DNA from: Pseudomonadota bacterium
Lineage (GTDB): Bacteria; Bdellovibrionota_B; Oligoflexia; Oligoflexales; RGVZ01
Assembly (NCBI GenBank): GCA_041178085.1
Contig: JBEGVZ010000074.1
Span: 1-39,244, forward strand
DNA length: 39,244 nt
Direction of reading: 5' to 3'
Translations under genes and position numbers: made by a program
In this document: positions 26,998 through 34,990 of the stretch, one piece after another
Position numbering within the stretch: the stretch's first letter is position 1
Layout of the letters: the number at the start of each line of letters is the position of its first letter
Notes under the pieces: model-generated
Told to the model about the DNA's origin: nothing
Databases searched by the model: none
Seen by the model: only the letters and a program-made list of their open reading frames with translations

Positions 26998-28554
26998 TCA
27001 GTTCGTGCTTTTCAGCCTGAGGAAAATGCCCTTCACTTCGGCGTCATGTGGCCCGGACTCGTTGTTCCATCGCTTTTCCACAAAGTTGCTGCTTAGTGAG
27101 CGGGTATTGCTGTCGGCGTCACTCAAGAATTGATCGCGCGAAACCAGGGAAACGCCAGCCCTCATGCTGTTGGTAACAGCTTTTGTGGCCACTCGCATGA
27201 TATAGGTTGCAAAAGATCCAGCCGGGATCTCGATGTCTCGTACGTCCTGTCCGTCAAGGTTTGTGATCCTGACCCCTACGCTACCCATGGTAGATTTGCC
27301 AAGTCTGCCTGAAAAGACCTTGTCACCGTGATTGCGCACAGTGAAGTGAATCAGGTGTTCGACGTTTGCCTTGATTGTTTTGAGTGCCGCATTTTCAATC
27401 TCATGGAAGGCGATGGAAACGTTTTGCTGTGGCGGCACGTAACGGAACTTGATGTCGTCAACAAGCATCTTTACTTGCTCCGCCTGAATTTCCGGGTCAG
27501 CAAAGTACCTGTGACAGTCGATGTAAAACCGGGTCATGATCTCGAAGTAATTGCCAGCGTTGGCGGTCGGGTTGACGGCCGGAACACGGTTGCTGTGCCC
27601 ACGTTGATGCTGAGGGGTATCGTTCAGCAAGACGCGGATCCAGTCGTCCTCAGCCTTGTCGTGACGAAGGAAAATCTGGTGGTAGAAATGCCAGTTGTCT
27701 GATTCCTTGACCGGACTACCCTTGCCAATCATTGCCGGGTCGAAGTGGTAGGTCCCGAAGATGAAGTTGACGTGGTTTGGATAGTACATCGGTTTTGCAG
27801 ATGCATTGGCTTTGCGAAATCCTTTCGGGAATTTCACCCAGAATTCGATTTGGTTGGCACGTCGTCCCTCAGGCAACAAGTAACCATCCTTGCCATACGC
27901 CAGGAGGCCGGGGCGCTTGCGGGTGACCCAGAATCCTGGCAGACCGCTCCCCTCCGTTTTCGGGCCAGTCGGGGTTTTAACAATTTTTGTGGTGTATTCT
28001 ACCGCGAGGGCTGTTCCGCCATTGCGGCCCTGCCGAGGTGCGAGGGACAGTTTGTCGACGCCGCTATCTCCCTTGCCGCTTACCACTGTCTGCGTGATTC
28101 CGGCAGGCTGTTTTGCGAGCCAACCATCGTCGCGCAATTCAGCGTCTTCGAAGTCGAGCAACGTGAAGTCCTGACTTTCGCCAGGCTGCGCGGGCAAAGA
28201 TGATGTTAAAATTGGAGAAGCAGAGTTTAGAAACACCGGGCCCTTGATGGAAGCTATAATGCCATCGTCTGAAACTTGGCGTCCATTTTCATCCAACTCA
28301 TTAACGTCCGGATCGCCCTCAAATTCGCTGTCACCAGAAGAGTTAGTGTTACCACTTTGGTTTGAGGACCCATTTCTTTCCGCATTGTCATTCCCGCCCC
28401 CGGATTTTCTACTGCGAGCGGTATCCATTATTTGACGCTCCTGGATGGAGCAGTTGACCAAGATAAATGCAGTAAAGGATGCAGCAAGCAATGGAGCGCT
28501 TACCAAACCAGTGATTGCCAAGCCGCATATGGGGCGGTTGCGGAACTTTTGCAT
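26998..28554 (-). CDS. Probable lipoprotein with carbohydrate-binding-like beta-sandwich and C-terminal Ig-like domain
   Basis: Start ATG 28554 with GGAGG RBS; hydrophobic signal ending LVNC; S/G/N-rich linker; LLDFED..ALAVEY..IEFWVK..VDDIKF jelly-roll-like pattern; HFTVRNHG..IPAG Ig-like tail. Confidence 0.6.
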   Translation of the reverse strand: MQKFRNRPICGLAITGLVSAPLLAASFTAFILVNCSIQERQIMDTARSRKSGGGNDNAERNGSSNQSGNTNSSGDSEFEGDPDVNELDENGRQVSDDGIIASIKGPVFLNSASPILTSSLPAQPGESQDFTLLDFEDAELRDDGWLAKQPAGITQTVVSGKGDSGVDKLSLAPRQGRNGGTALAVEYTTKIVKTPTGPKTEGSGLPGFWVTRKRPGLLAYGKDGYLLPEGRRANQIEFWVKFPKGFRKANASAKPMYYPNHVNFIFGTYHFDPAMIGKGSPVKESDNWHFYHQIFLRHDKAEDDWIRVLLNDTPQHQRGHSNRVPAVNPTANAGNYFEIMTRFYIDCHRYFADPEIQAEQVKMLVDDIKFRYVPPQQNVSIAFHEIENAALKTIKANVEHLIHFTVRNHGDKVFSGRLGKSTMGSVGVRITNLDGQDVRDIEIPAGSFATYIMRVATKAVTNSMRAGVSLVSRDQFLSDADSNTRSLSSNFVEKRWNNESGPHDAEVKGIFLRLKSTN

Positions 28555-28574
28555 TTGAACCTCCAAGTTCTTAC

Positions 28575-28602
28575 GTTTCGGACTTCGATCGTGGTTATCT
28601 GA
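28575..28602 (-). promoter_or_regulatory. Possible sigma-28-type promoter (weak)
   Basis: TCAGATAA-N12-TCCGAAAC, 20 nt upstream of ATG 28554. Confidence 0.35.
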
Positions 28603-28673
28603 GGAAATGCTTTCTTCCATGATAACCAGCCGGATAGATTGGGAAAATTGGCTCTTGAATCCCGCGATTTGCA

Positions 28674-28708
28674 CCCATTCAGATCACATTTTTAATGATC
28701 TGAACGGG
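28674..28708 (-). terminator. Hairpin downstream of the 1384-aa gene
   Basis: Minus-strand stem CCCGUUCAGAUCA/UGAUCUGAAUGGG (13 bp, one G-U), 9-nt loop, no U-tract. Confidence 0.45.
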
Positions 28709-28726
28709 GCGTCATTCAAATTGGTT

Positions 28727-31700
28727 CTATTGGCAGTATGCGCCCACGGCGCTGTCCCATGTGCCGGGGCAGGCATTGACACAAGTTTCTGATTTTGCGG
28801 CAAGTCGCTGTAATTGGGGGCGGTCGATGATGGCTTCGTACCAGCTCAGGACCCCATCGCTGCTGGAGCTGAAAGAGGGATACCAGGTATTGAAACCTTC
28901 TGCCTGGTCCCAGTGGATCACACCATCTGCACCCCACTTGATCATCAATGCGGTTGCCGTCATGTACTGGTTGCCAGTGACATAGGGCAGGCAGTCCGGG
29001 GATGTCACACCATTGGTCTTGCTATCCCTGCAGGAAGTCAGGATTACCCTGCTTCGTTCATGGTATTGCGGCCAAAGGAACGGCAGGACTGGTTGTCCGT
29101 AGGACGCATTGCTCAGCCGCCGTGCTTCTTGCATCAGGGATTTTCGTTTTTGTTTCCAGGTGTACAAACCAGCGCCTTCAGCGGCATCAACGATATCAGC
29201 GCGGTTGTTGGCTGGATCGCCGGCAGGTGCCGGCCCAAGGATCATGTCGCGGTTGTGGTGGAGTGCAACGCGGCGATCGCACTGCGCGCCACTGTAAGCT
29301 CCCGATGCGCTGTATGCGACTTTTTCGGAGGTCGGATACATCAGGTATGCCGAAGGCATGATCATGTCGACGTATTTGCCAAAGGCAGCAAGGTTCTGCT
29401 CGTTCTGTTCTGTTTTTTGGGGATACCAGTATTCGACGTGCGGTGCGTATCCATAGAACCCGACCATCATGCCGGGGAAATATTTCCTGATGACTTGCAA
29501 CACGTAGACAGCTTTGTCAGTCCCAGCCAGATCCGGGCATGGCAGGTGATAGTCATCAATGTAGTGAATGTCCTCGGGCGAATAATACCGGGCGATGTTG
29601 GCGCCAATTTGCTCCGCAGGGAGAAATTCGCAGAGGTAGGGGAAACCACCGTCCGGTGCTGTCTTGGGTTTCAGCAGGTACCATGCTGAAATGCTGCGGA
29701 TTCCGGTATCTACACCGGAAGCTTTGAAATCCGGTGTGACCCCCGAACCGTACTTGGCGCTCAGGAAGGTGGGCTTGAAGCCGTCTTTAGATGCCAGCTT
29801 GAGGCGAAGCTGAACTTTGAAGTGACGCATGGAACGAAGGACTTGGTCTCTCGTTTCGTTGGCGCTTGACAGCTCTGATTTGAAGAAGGCGATGACATCA
29901 GTGCCGGCAAGATTTTTGAGCAAGCTTGACGCCGCGGCCCGCTCGGCTGGCGCCATCGACGGGAATCTCATCAAGCGCGCGCTGACAAGGGCAATCGACG
30001 GCAGTTTCATGCGCTCAATCCGCGCCAAGTCAGAGGTCTCAACGCTCCAGTCGCCCGAGGTTCTGTTGACGACCTGGGCGATGGTAGAGTTGAAGTCATC
30101 TGCGAGCCCATTCTGGAGGACTTTCTGGTATCCCTTCATCGCCACGAAATACTGGCGCAGCTTATGCAGCCGGGAGGCTTCTGCAACCGGCAGAGAATGT
30201 ATCGTTTGTGACCAGTTCTGCTCTCGCTGCGCCATCAACTCATCGACGCGAGAGACAGGTTCAAAAGCTGCATTGATCGCAGGCAAACAGGCGTTGAGTG
30301 CGTTGATAAATTGACCAAGGTAAGGGTCTGCAGGATCCGGCTCGAGTGCATTGGACGCGTTTGCTTTGCAATCATTCAGTCGATGCTTGTAAGAGGCCAG
30401 GAGGACGCAGCCAGAAAGGTTGCCAACGGTGTCCTTTCCCAGGGCAAAGATGCTGGTTGTGGCAAAGGAAAGGATCGAGGGAATTCGCACCACGCGAGTC
30501 GTTGCTGCCAACATCGTTTCCCGGGCCAGTGGCCTGGTGCAGGTCGGGTCGGCATACAATCCCATCTCAAACAAGGGTTCTGATGGCGTGATCTGGATTG
30601 AAATCGAGGTTTCCTCGCCTTCGGTGCCTGGCACCAGAGTCACTTCGTTGCCGAAAGACGGATTCAAGGCGTCAACCCGGATTGCATTTGCGTGATCTAG
30701 GCTTCCTGGAAGGCCAGGTGCCGGCAAAGCTAACTGTGCGGCATTCCCAGCCACATCGGTGATCATGGACTCAGGTTGGAGTTGCAGGGCCTGCGTTGAC
30801 AAGTACGCCAGTTTTGCAGAATTTTCCCCTTGAGCGACATCGTACTGGAATATGAGGGAACTGGAGCCACTTCCGGAAACATACGTTGCAGCTTTTCCTC
30901 CCGGTGCTGAGTTCAACATGAGGACAGGTACGCCAGAGACTTCTACTGGCTCACTGAATTGCACACCGATATTCAATCGTTGTCCGGCCAGGTAAGTGGG
31001 GCTTTGTGAAATGGCTGCGACCGAAGTGATCGTGGGTTGCGTGCTGTCGTAAAGATAGGCTCCGATGGGGATGCAGGGTGATGAGTTGCCAGCGCCGTCT
31101 ACCGCCTTGATGGCTGGCTTGTAAACTGTTCCGTCAATTAGCGGATTGACCGGTTTTAAGGCGAACGGACCTGAGGTTGCGGCGAGGGTCTGGTCGGCTT
31201 GTTCGCAGTTCATGTCACTGAATAAAGTCACGGTCGTCGAAGATAGGTCATGCAGTTGGCCATGGATGGACGGTTGCGAATCCCTGCCAAGGTAATTCCC
31301 ATCCGACGTGATTTTTCCGGACATCCTGAGTTGACTCATCAGTGGCGCGTTGGTGTCATAGATCACACCGTCGTCGCCATCGATTGAGGCAGCGTTCATA
31401 TAACCAGATCTGTCCGTCACAGCTGCTTCAGGGATCCTGGGCATGATCCTGCCATTGCCCGTGATGCCATATACCCGCAGGTTGAAAGTCCGGTTGTCGA
31501 CCTTTGTGATCACCCACGATCTAACGGTCGCGCCTGTGTCTGCAACCTGACTTATGTCCGACGAAGAGAATGTGTCGAGCTGTATCGGATGCGAGAACCG
31601 AACCTGGAAATTGATGGCGCGGTTGGTCGTTTCCTTTGATTGGCCAATCGCCCTCGTTATCACCACAGTAAGCGGGGCGGTACGCATTTCAACGGTCGCA

Positions 31701-32881
31701 GATGACTTGAATTCCGCGATGGGTCCCTTGTTTCCCGCTGGGTCACTGACTGCCGCGGCGGCCACCACTGGGCGGATGAAGCCATCAGTCGCATCAATCG
31801 CATGGATTTCAAAGTTCCTGTTGTCGCCTTTGCTGATGATCTGCCAGCGGACTTGCGCAGTTGATTCCGGACTGTTGGTGAGGTCGTCCGGGCCAAAAGT
31901 TGCGGGATCGATGGCCTCTGAAAACAAGATCCCGAATTTTACCGGCAAGGATCTGGTGTGTGGCAGTTGGTCGGTCGTACGTGAAATCTGAGACACCCTC
32001 GGGGGCAGGTTGTCGTGCTTGTAAGTGTACACATGCTTGCAGGTTGAAAAGTTTGAGGCCCGGTCGAATACCCGGACGGCATAGAAGGTAGTGTCGTTGG
32101 GTCTGACCGGTATGTTTTGCACTTCGATTGCACCGCTGGGTTGGCTGGTAGCAATCGCGGATGGCATTGGAGTGTTGCATACTGCCGTAGGGCCGGCGAA
32201 AACATGGACCGCCAATGGTCCGTTTTCTTCGATCAGGTTGAGGCCTAGCTTCAAGCGGGGTGCGATGCCATCAGATTGGAGGACGGCGGAACGGAATTCG
32301 ACTTGTGGGGCAATTCCGTCAATCCTGATTTTGTAGGGCGAAAGGTCTGCCCCCGGATTGTCCGCTGGAATTGTGGTATTGGCTTTTATGCCTCGAACCG
32401 ACTGGATTTCAAGCCCATTGGGCACCACAAGAGAATCCTGGGATTGGATGGTGAGCAGCTTTGTGTCGTGACCCTTCTTGACCGTGTAAGTAAAAGTCAA
32501 ACGGTTCGTATTGTTCCCATATTCGTGGACGGCGGCACCATCGAGTGTTCCTGTTTCCAGCATGAGGCGGGCTTTGAGCGTCGGATTTGACGGTGCCCGG
32601 AGGACAACCTGCACTGGAGTGTCGAAGACAACATAGATCTTTAGCTGCTGGTTCACGCCAAGGATCGCGTCTTTGATGTCTGCGTAAATACCAGTGATTC
32701 GCGGTGCTTTGAGGGGGTCTGAAGGTGCTTCAGCGGAAGCGCCGTTTCGTTCTATTGCGGACTTGTCCTGACTGGATTTGCCAAGTCCCAGTTGCACCGT
32801 GTTTTCGTCAGAGCAGGCAGTTGCCCCAAACACAGTGACGGTCAAGACACTGACCAAGGTCCTTTGCAGGTTGCCGAGCAT
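28727..32881 (-). CDS. Large surface lipoprotein: Ig-like repeats plus C-terminal GH56-like TIM barrel
   Basis: Lipobox ATAC. Repeated Ig-like units (VQFSEPVEVSGVPVLML..ATYVSGSGSSSLIFQY; FGILFSEAIDP..; AVDGAGNSSPC). C-terminal VGFYGY, IMPSAYL, EARRL, PVLPFLWPQY, GADGVIHW. Confidence 0.75.
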   Translation of the reverse strand: MLGNLQRTLVSVLTVTVFGATACSDENTVQLGLGKSSQDKSAIERNGASAEAPSDPLKAPRITGIYADIKDAILGVNQQLKIYVVFDTPVQVVLRAPSNPTLKARLMLETGTLDGAAVHEYGNNTNRLTFTYTVKKGHDTKLLTIQSQDSLVVPNGLEIQSVRGIKANTTIPADNPGADLSPYKIRIDGIAPQVEFRSAVLQSDGIAPRLKLGLNLIEENGPLAVHVFAGPTAVCNTPMPSAIATSQPSGAIEVQNIPVRPNDTTFYAVRVFDRASNFSTCKHVYTYKHDNLPPRVSQISRTTDQLPHTRSLPVKFGILFSEAIDPATFGPDDLTNSPESTAQVRWQIISKGDNRNFEIHAIDATDGFIRPVVAAAAVSDPAGNKGPIAEFKSSATVEMRTAPLTVVITRAIGQSKETTNRAINFQVRFSHPIQLDTFSSSDISQVADTGATVRSWVITKVDNRTFNLRVYGITGNGRIMPRIPEAAVTDRSGYMNAASIDGDDGVIYDTNAPLMSQLRMSGKITSDGNYLGRDSQPSIHGQLHDLSSTTVTLFSDMNCEQADQTLAATSGPFALKPVNPLIDGTVYKPAIKAVDGAGNSSPCIPIGAYLYDSTQPTITSVAAISQSPTYLAGQRLNIGVQFSEPVEVSGVPVLMLNSAPGGKAATYVSGSGSSSLIFQYDVAQGENSAKLAYLSTQALQLQPESMITDVAGNAAQLALPAPGLPGSLDHANAIRVDALNPSFGNEVTLVPGTEGEETSISIQITPSEPLFEMGLYADPTCTRPLARETMLAATTRVVRIPSILSFATTSIFALGKDTVGNLSGCVLLASYKHRLNDCKANASNALEPDPADPYLGQFINALNACLPAINAAFEPVSRVDELMAQREQNWSQTIHSLPVAEASRLHKLRQYFVAMKGYQKVLQNGLADDFNSTIAQVVNRTSGDWSVETSDLARIERMKLPSIALVSARLMRFPSMAPAERAAASSLLKNLAGTDVIAFFKSELSSANETRDQVLRSMRHFKVQLRLKLASKDGFKPTFLSAKYGSGVTPDFKASGVDTGIRSISAWYLLKPKTAPDGGFPYLCEFLPAEQIGANIARYYSPEDIHYIDDYHLPCPDLAGTDKAVYVLQVIRKYFPGMMVGFYGYAPHVEYWYPQKTEQNEQNLAAFGKYVDMIMPSAYLMYPTSEKVAYSASGAYSGAQCDRRVALHHNRDMILGPAPAGDPANNRADIVDAAEGAGLYTWKQKRKSLMQEARRLSNASYGQPVLPFLWPQYHERSRVILTSCRDSKTNGVTSPDCLPYVTGNQYMTATALMIKWGADGVIHWDQAEGFNTWYPSFSSSSDGVLSWYEAIIDRPQLQRLAAKSETCVNACPGTWDSAVGAYCQ

Positions 32882-32907
32882 GATTCATCTCCCGAAATGA
32901 TCCAGTC

Positions 32908-32934
32908 GTTTCGGAATGCGAATTTCTGGGGTGA
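32908..32934 (-). promoter_or_regulatory. Possible sigma-28-type promoter (weak)
   Basis: TCACCCCA-N11-TCCGAAAC, 26 nt upstream of ATG 32881. Same -10 octamer as at 28575. Confidence 0.35.
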
Positions 32935-32948
32935 AAGATTCTTGTAAT

Positions 32949-32989
32949 GCCCCGGAATCAGATGATGAAATACGGTCAGATTCCGAGGC
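32949..32989 (-). terminator. Hairpin just downstream of the ParB-like gene
   Basis: Minus-strand stem GCCUCGGAAUC/GAUUCCGGGGC (11 bp, one U-G), beginning 7 nt after the stop codon; no U-tract. Confidence 0.4.
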
Positions 32990-32996
32990 AAAAAAT

Positions 32997-33761
32997 TCAG
33001 GGTACGGGAGTGTTTTCCAGGGATGCCAGGCGCTTTTTCGTTTTTTTCGTCAGGCTGGAATGGTCTGCTTGCTTGTGGGTGGCCAAATATCCGGGTAGCC
33101 GTTCGGCGGATTTCTCGTGCGCAATGGCCTTGGCCTCAAGGACGGCGCGAGCAATGTCCGCGGGATGGTTGGTGTGCAGCTTGATGCGCTGACGTAGCCA
33201 GCTCGCCCAGGCAAAATCCGAGAATGGTGTCTGGCTTTTGTCGTAGCAGCCCTCTTCACGCAGGAGCCATGCGAGGGTGCGATGTGGTGCGTCCTTAAGC
33301 TGGGCGATTTGCGCTGGGAGTTGCCTGACCGTAATTGGCTGGTCGGTTTCATCAAACAACCAGACCCAATTCCTGCGGATCAACACCTTTTCGAACTGGG
33401 GCGCAGTCGATTGGGAATAATCGCCAAGCACCTTGGCCGGTGCCGCGGCATCCATGACGCCGCGTTTCTTCAACTCCAGCAGAGCCCACGCAAGGTGATG
33501 GCCATCGACCAGGTGAAGCTTTTGGCCGGGGCCAGTGACAACTTCCAGTTGATGTTCGCGCAGATATTCCTGTTGCTCGTCCGGGGTCATCGACTCAATT
33601 GCATTGGCGCGGATGATAGCCTCGGCCTTGCCGATGGAGCTTTGGCCAGGGGTCAGGTGTTCGACCTGGACGGTGGTTTTGCGATTTGCTGCATAGGCGG
33701 GCAAAGAAAGCGTTGCGATGCTGATGACCCAAACAATGCTCCATACGTTGTGCCTTGTCAC
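32997..33761 (-). CDS. ParB/Srx-like (ParBc_2-type) protein with signal peptide
   Basis: LTPGQ..IG, VVTGPG..LHLVDGHHL, WVWLFD, LP..I..LKDAPHRTLAW, TPFSDFAWA..LR. N-terminal Sec signal ending AYA. GTG start overlapping the upstream TGA; AGGAG RBS. Confidence 0.8.
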   Translation of the reverse strand: MTRHNVWSIVWVISIATLSLPAYAANRKTTVQVEHLTPGQSSIGKAEAIIRANAIESMTPDEQQEYLREHQLEVVTGPGQKLHLVDGHHLAWALLELKKRGVMDAAAPAKVLGDYSQSTAPQFEKVLIRRNWVWLFDETDQPITVRQLPAQIAQLKDAPHRTLAWLLREEGCYDKSQTPFSDFAWASWLRQRIKLHTNHPADIARAVLEAKAIAHEKSAERLPGYLATHKQADHSSLTKKTKKRLASLENTPVP

Positions 33762-34930
33762 TTTTGGCTCCTGAGGTTCTCCAGAATTGCTGCTGCCTTC
33801 GCCAACGTTTCCGGCGTCTTGCAGAACGCAAAACGGACCTGGCGAAGCTGCCTGCTTACTGGCTCATCTGGCAGGTAAAAAGGCGAAAGGGGAATGAGTG
33901 CCAGTTTTTTCTCCCGGACGAGCTGCAGGGTGAATTCAAGGTCGTTGGCTCCGGGCGCCAGTTTTTCATAGCCTGCAGAGATGAAATAGGTGCCTTCCGG
34001 CGCTGGTGCGTTGAAGCCTGCGGCACGGATTGCCGCCAGCAACGTGTCGCGCCGTATCAGGTAGTCGGCACGAAACTGGCGGTAATAATCATCCCCCAAC
34101 TCGAAAGCGCGGACCATCGCGTGCTGCAGCGGTGTCGCAGAACAGAATACCGTGAACTGGTGCACGCGGCGAATGCCCTCGCTCAGGGCAGCCGGGGCAC
34201 AAGCGTAACCAACCTTCCACCCCGTGAAGCTGAATGTCTTCGAAGTCGAAGAAATGGTGATCGTGCGTTCGTGCATCCCGGGCAATGAGGCCATGGGAAT
34301 GTGCTCCGCCGGGGCGAACACGATTTCCTCGTAGACTTCATCGGACATGACGATCAGGTTGTGTTTGCGGGCAATTGCCGCAATTCCTTCCATCTCATTC
34401 CGGGTCAGGACTCTTCCCGTCGGGTTGTGCGGGGTGTTTACCAGGATCATTTTTGTTCTGGGCGTGACCAGCTGTTCGATGGCGTCCGGGTTGATTCGCC
34501 AGTCGGGCGGGGTTAAAGCGACCGTTCTAAGGGTGGCGCCCCCTGCATGGCAGGCCGCGGGGTAGGAGTCATAAAAAGGGGCGATGCCAATGGCCTCGTC
34601 CCCGGGACCGCAGAAGGCCTGGACGGCGCACCAGATCGCCTCAGTGGCGCCGGACAATACGGTAACCTCCCGATCCGCGTCGTAGTCGAGGTCGTAGCGG
34701 GCTTCGTAACGGCGAGCGATCGCATCACGCAGGGTTTTGATTCCGATGGCGGGGGCGTACTGGTTAAGCCCCTTGCGCATGGCAGCGCCGGCGGCGTCGA
34801 TCACTTCCTCTGGACCGCTGAAGTCAGGAAACCCCTGGGCCAGGTTGACCGCGCCGACTGCGTTGGCTTCCGCAGACATGATACTGAAAATGGAGGTTGG
34901 ATAACTTTGCCAACGATGTATAGGAACCAT
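33758..34930 (-). CDS. PLP-dependent class I/II aminotransferase (YbdL/DapC-like)
   Basis: SIFSIMS..A...AVNLAQGFPDF, GATEAI, NTPHNPTG, SDEVY, STSKTFSFTGWKVG (PLP Lys), VRFAFCK. Start ATG 34930 with AAGGA RBS. Confidence 0.9.
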   Translation of the reverse strand: MVPIHRWQSYPTSIFSIMSAEANAVGAVNLAQGFPDFSGPEEVIDAAGAAMRKGLNQYAPAIGIKTLRDAIARRYEARYDLDYDADREVTVLSGATEAIWCAVQAFCGPGDEAIGIAPFYDSYPAACHAGGATLRTVALTPPDWRINPDAIEQLVTPRTKMILVNTPHNPTGRVLTRNEMEGIAAIARKHNLIVMSDEVYEEIVFAPAEHIPMASLPGMHERTITISSTSKTFSFTGWKVGYACAPAALSEGIRRVHQFTVFCSATPLQHAMVRAFELGDDYYRQFRADYLIRRDTLLAAIRAAGFNAPAPEGTYFISAGYEKLAPGANDLEFTLQLVREKKLALIPLSPFYLPDEPVSRQLRQVRFAFCKTPETLAKAAAILENLRSQK

Positions 34931-34990
34931 AGGGTCCTTTACTTTTTGACGGGGCTGTCCCTGGTTGCCACCCCTTGAGGAGTCGCCGCT

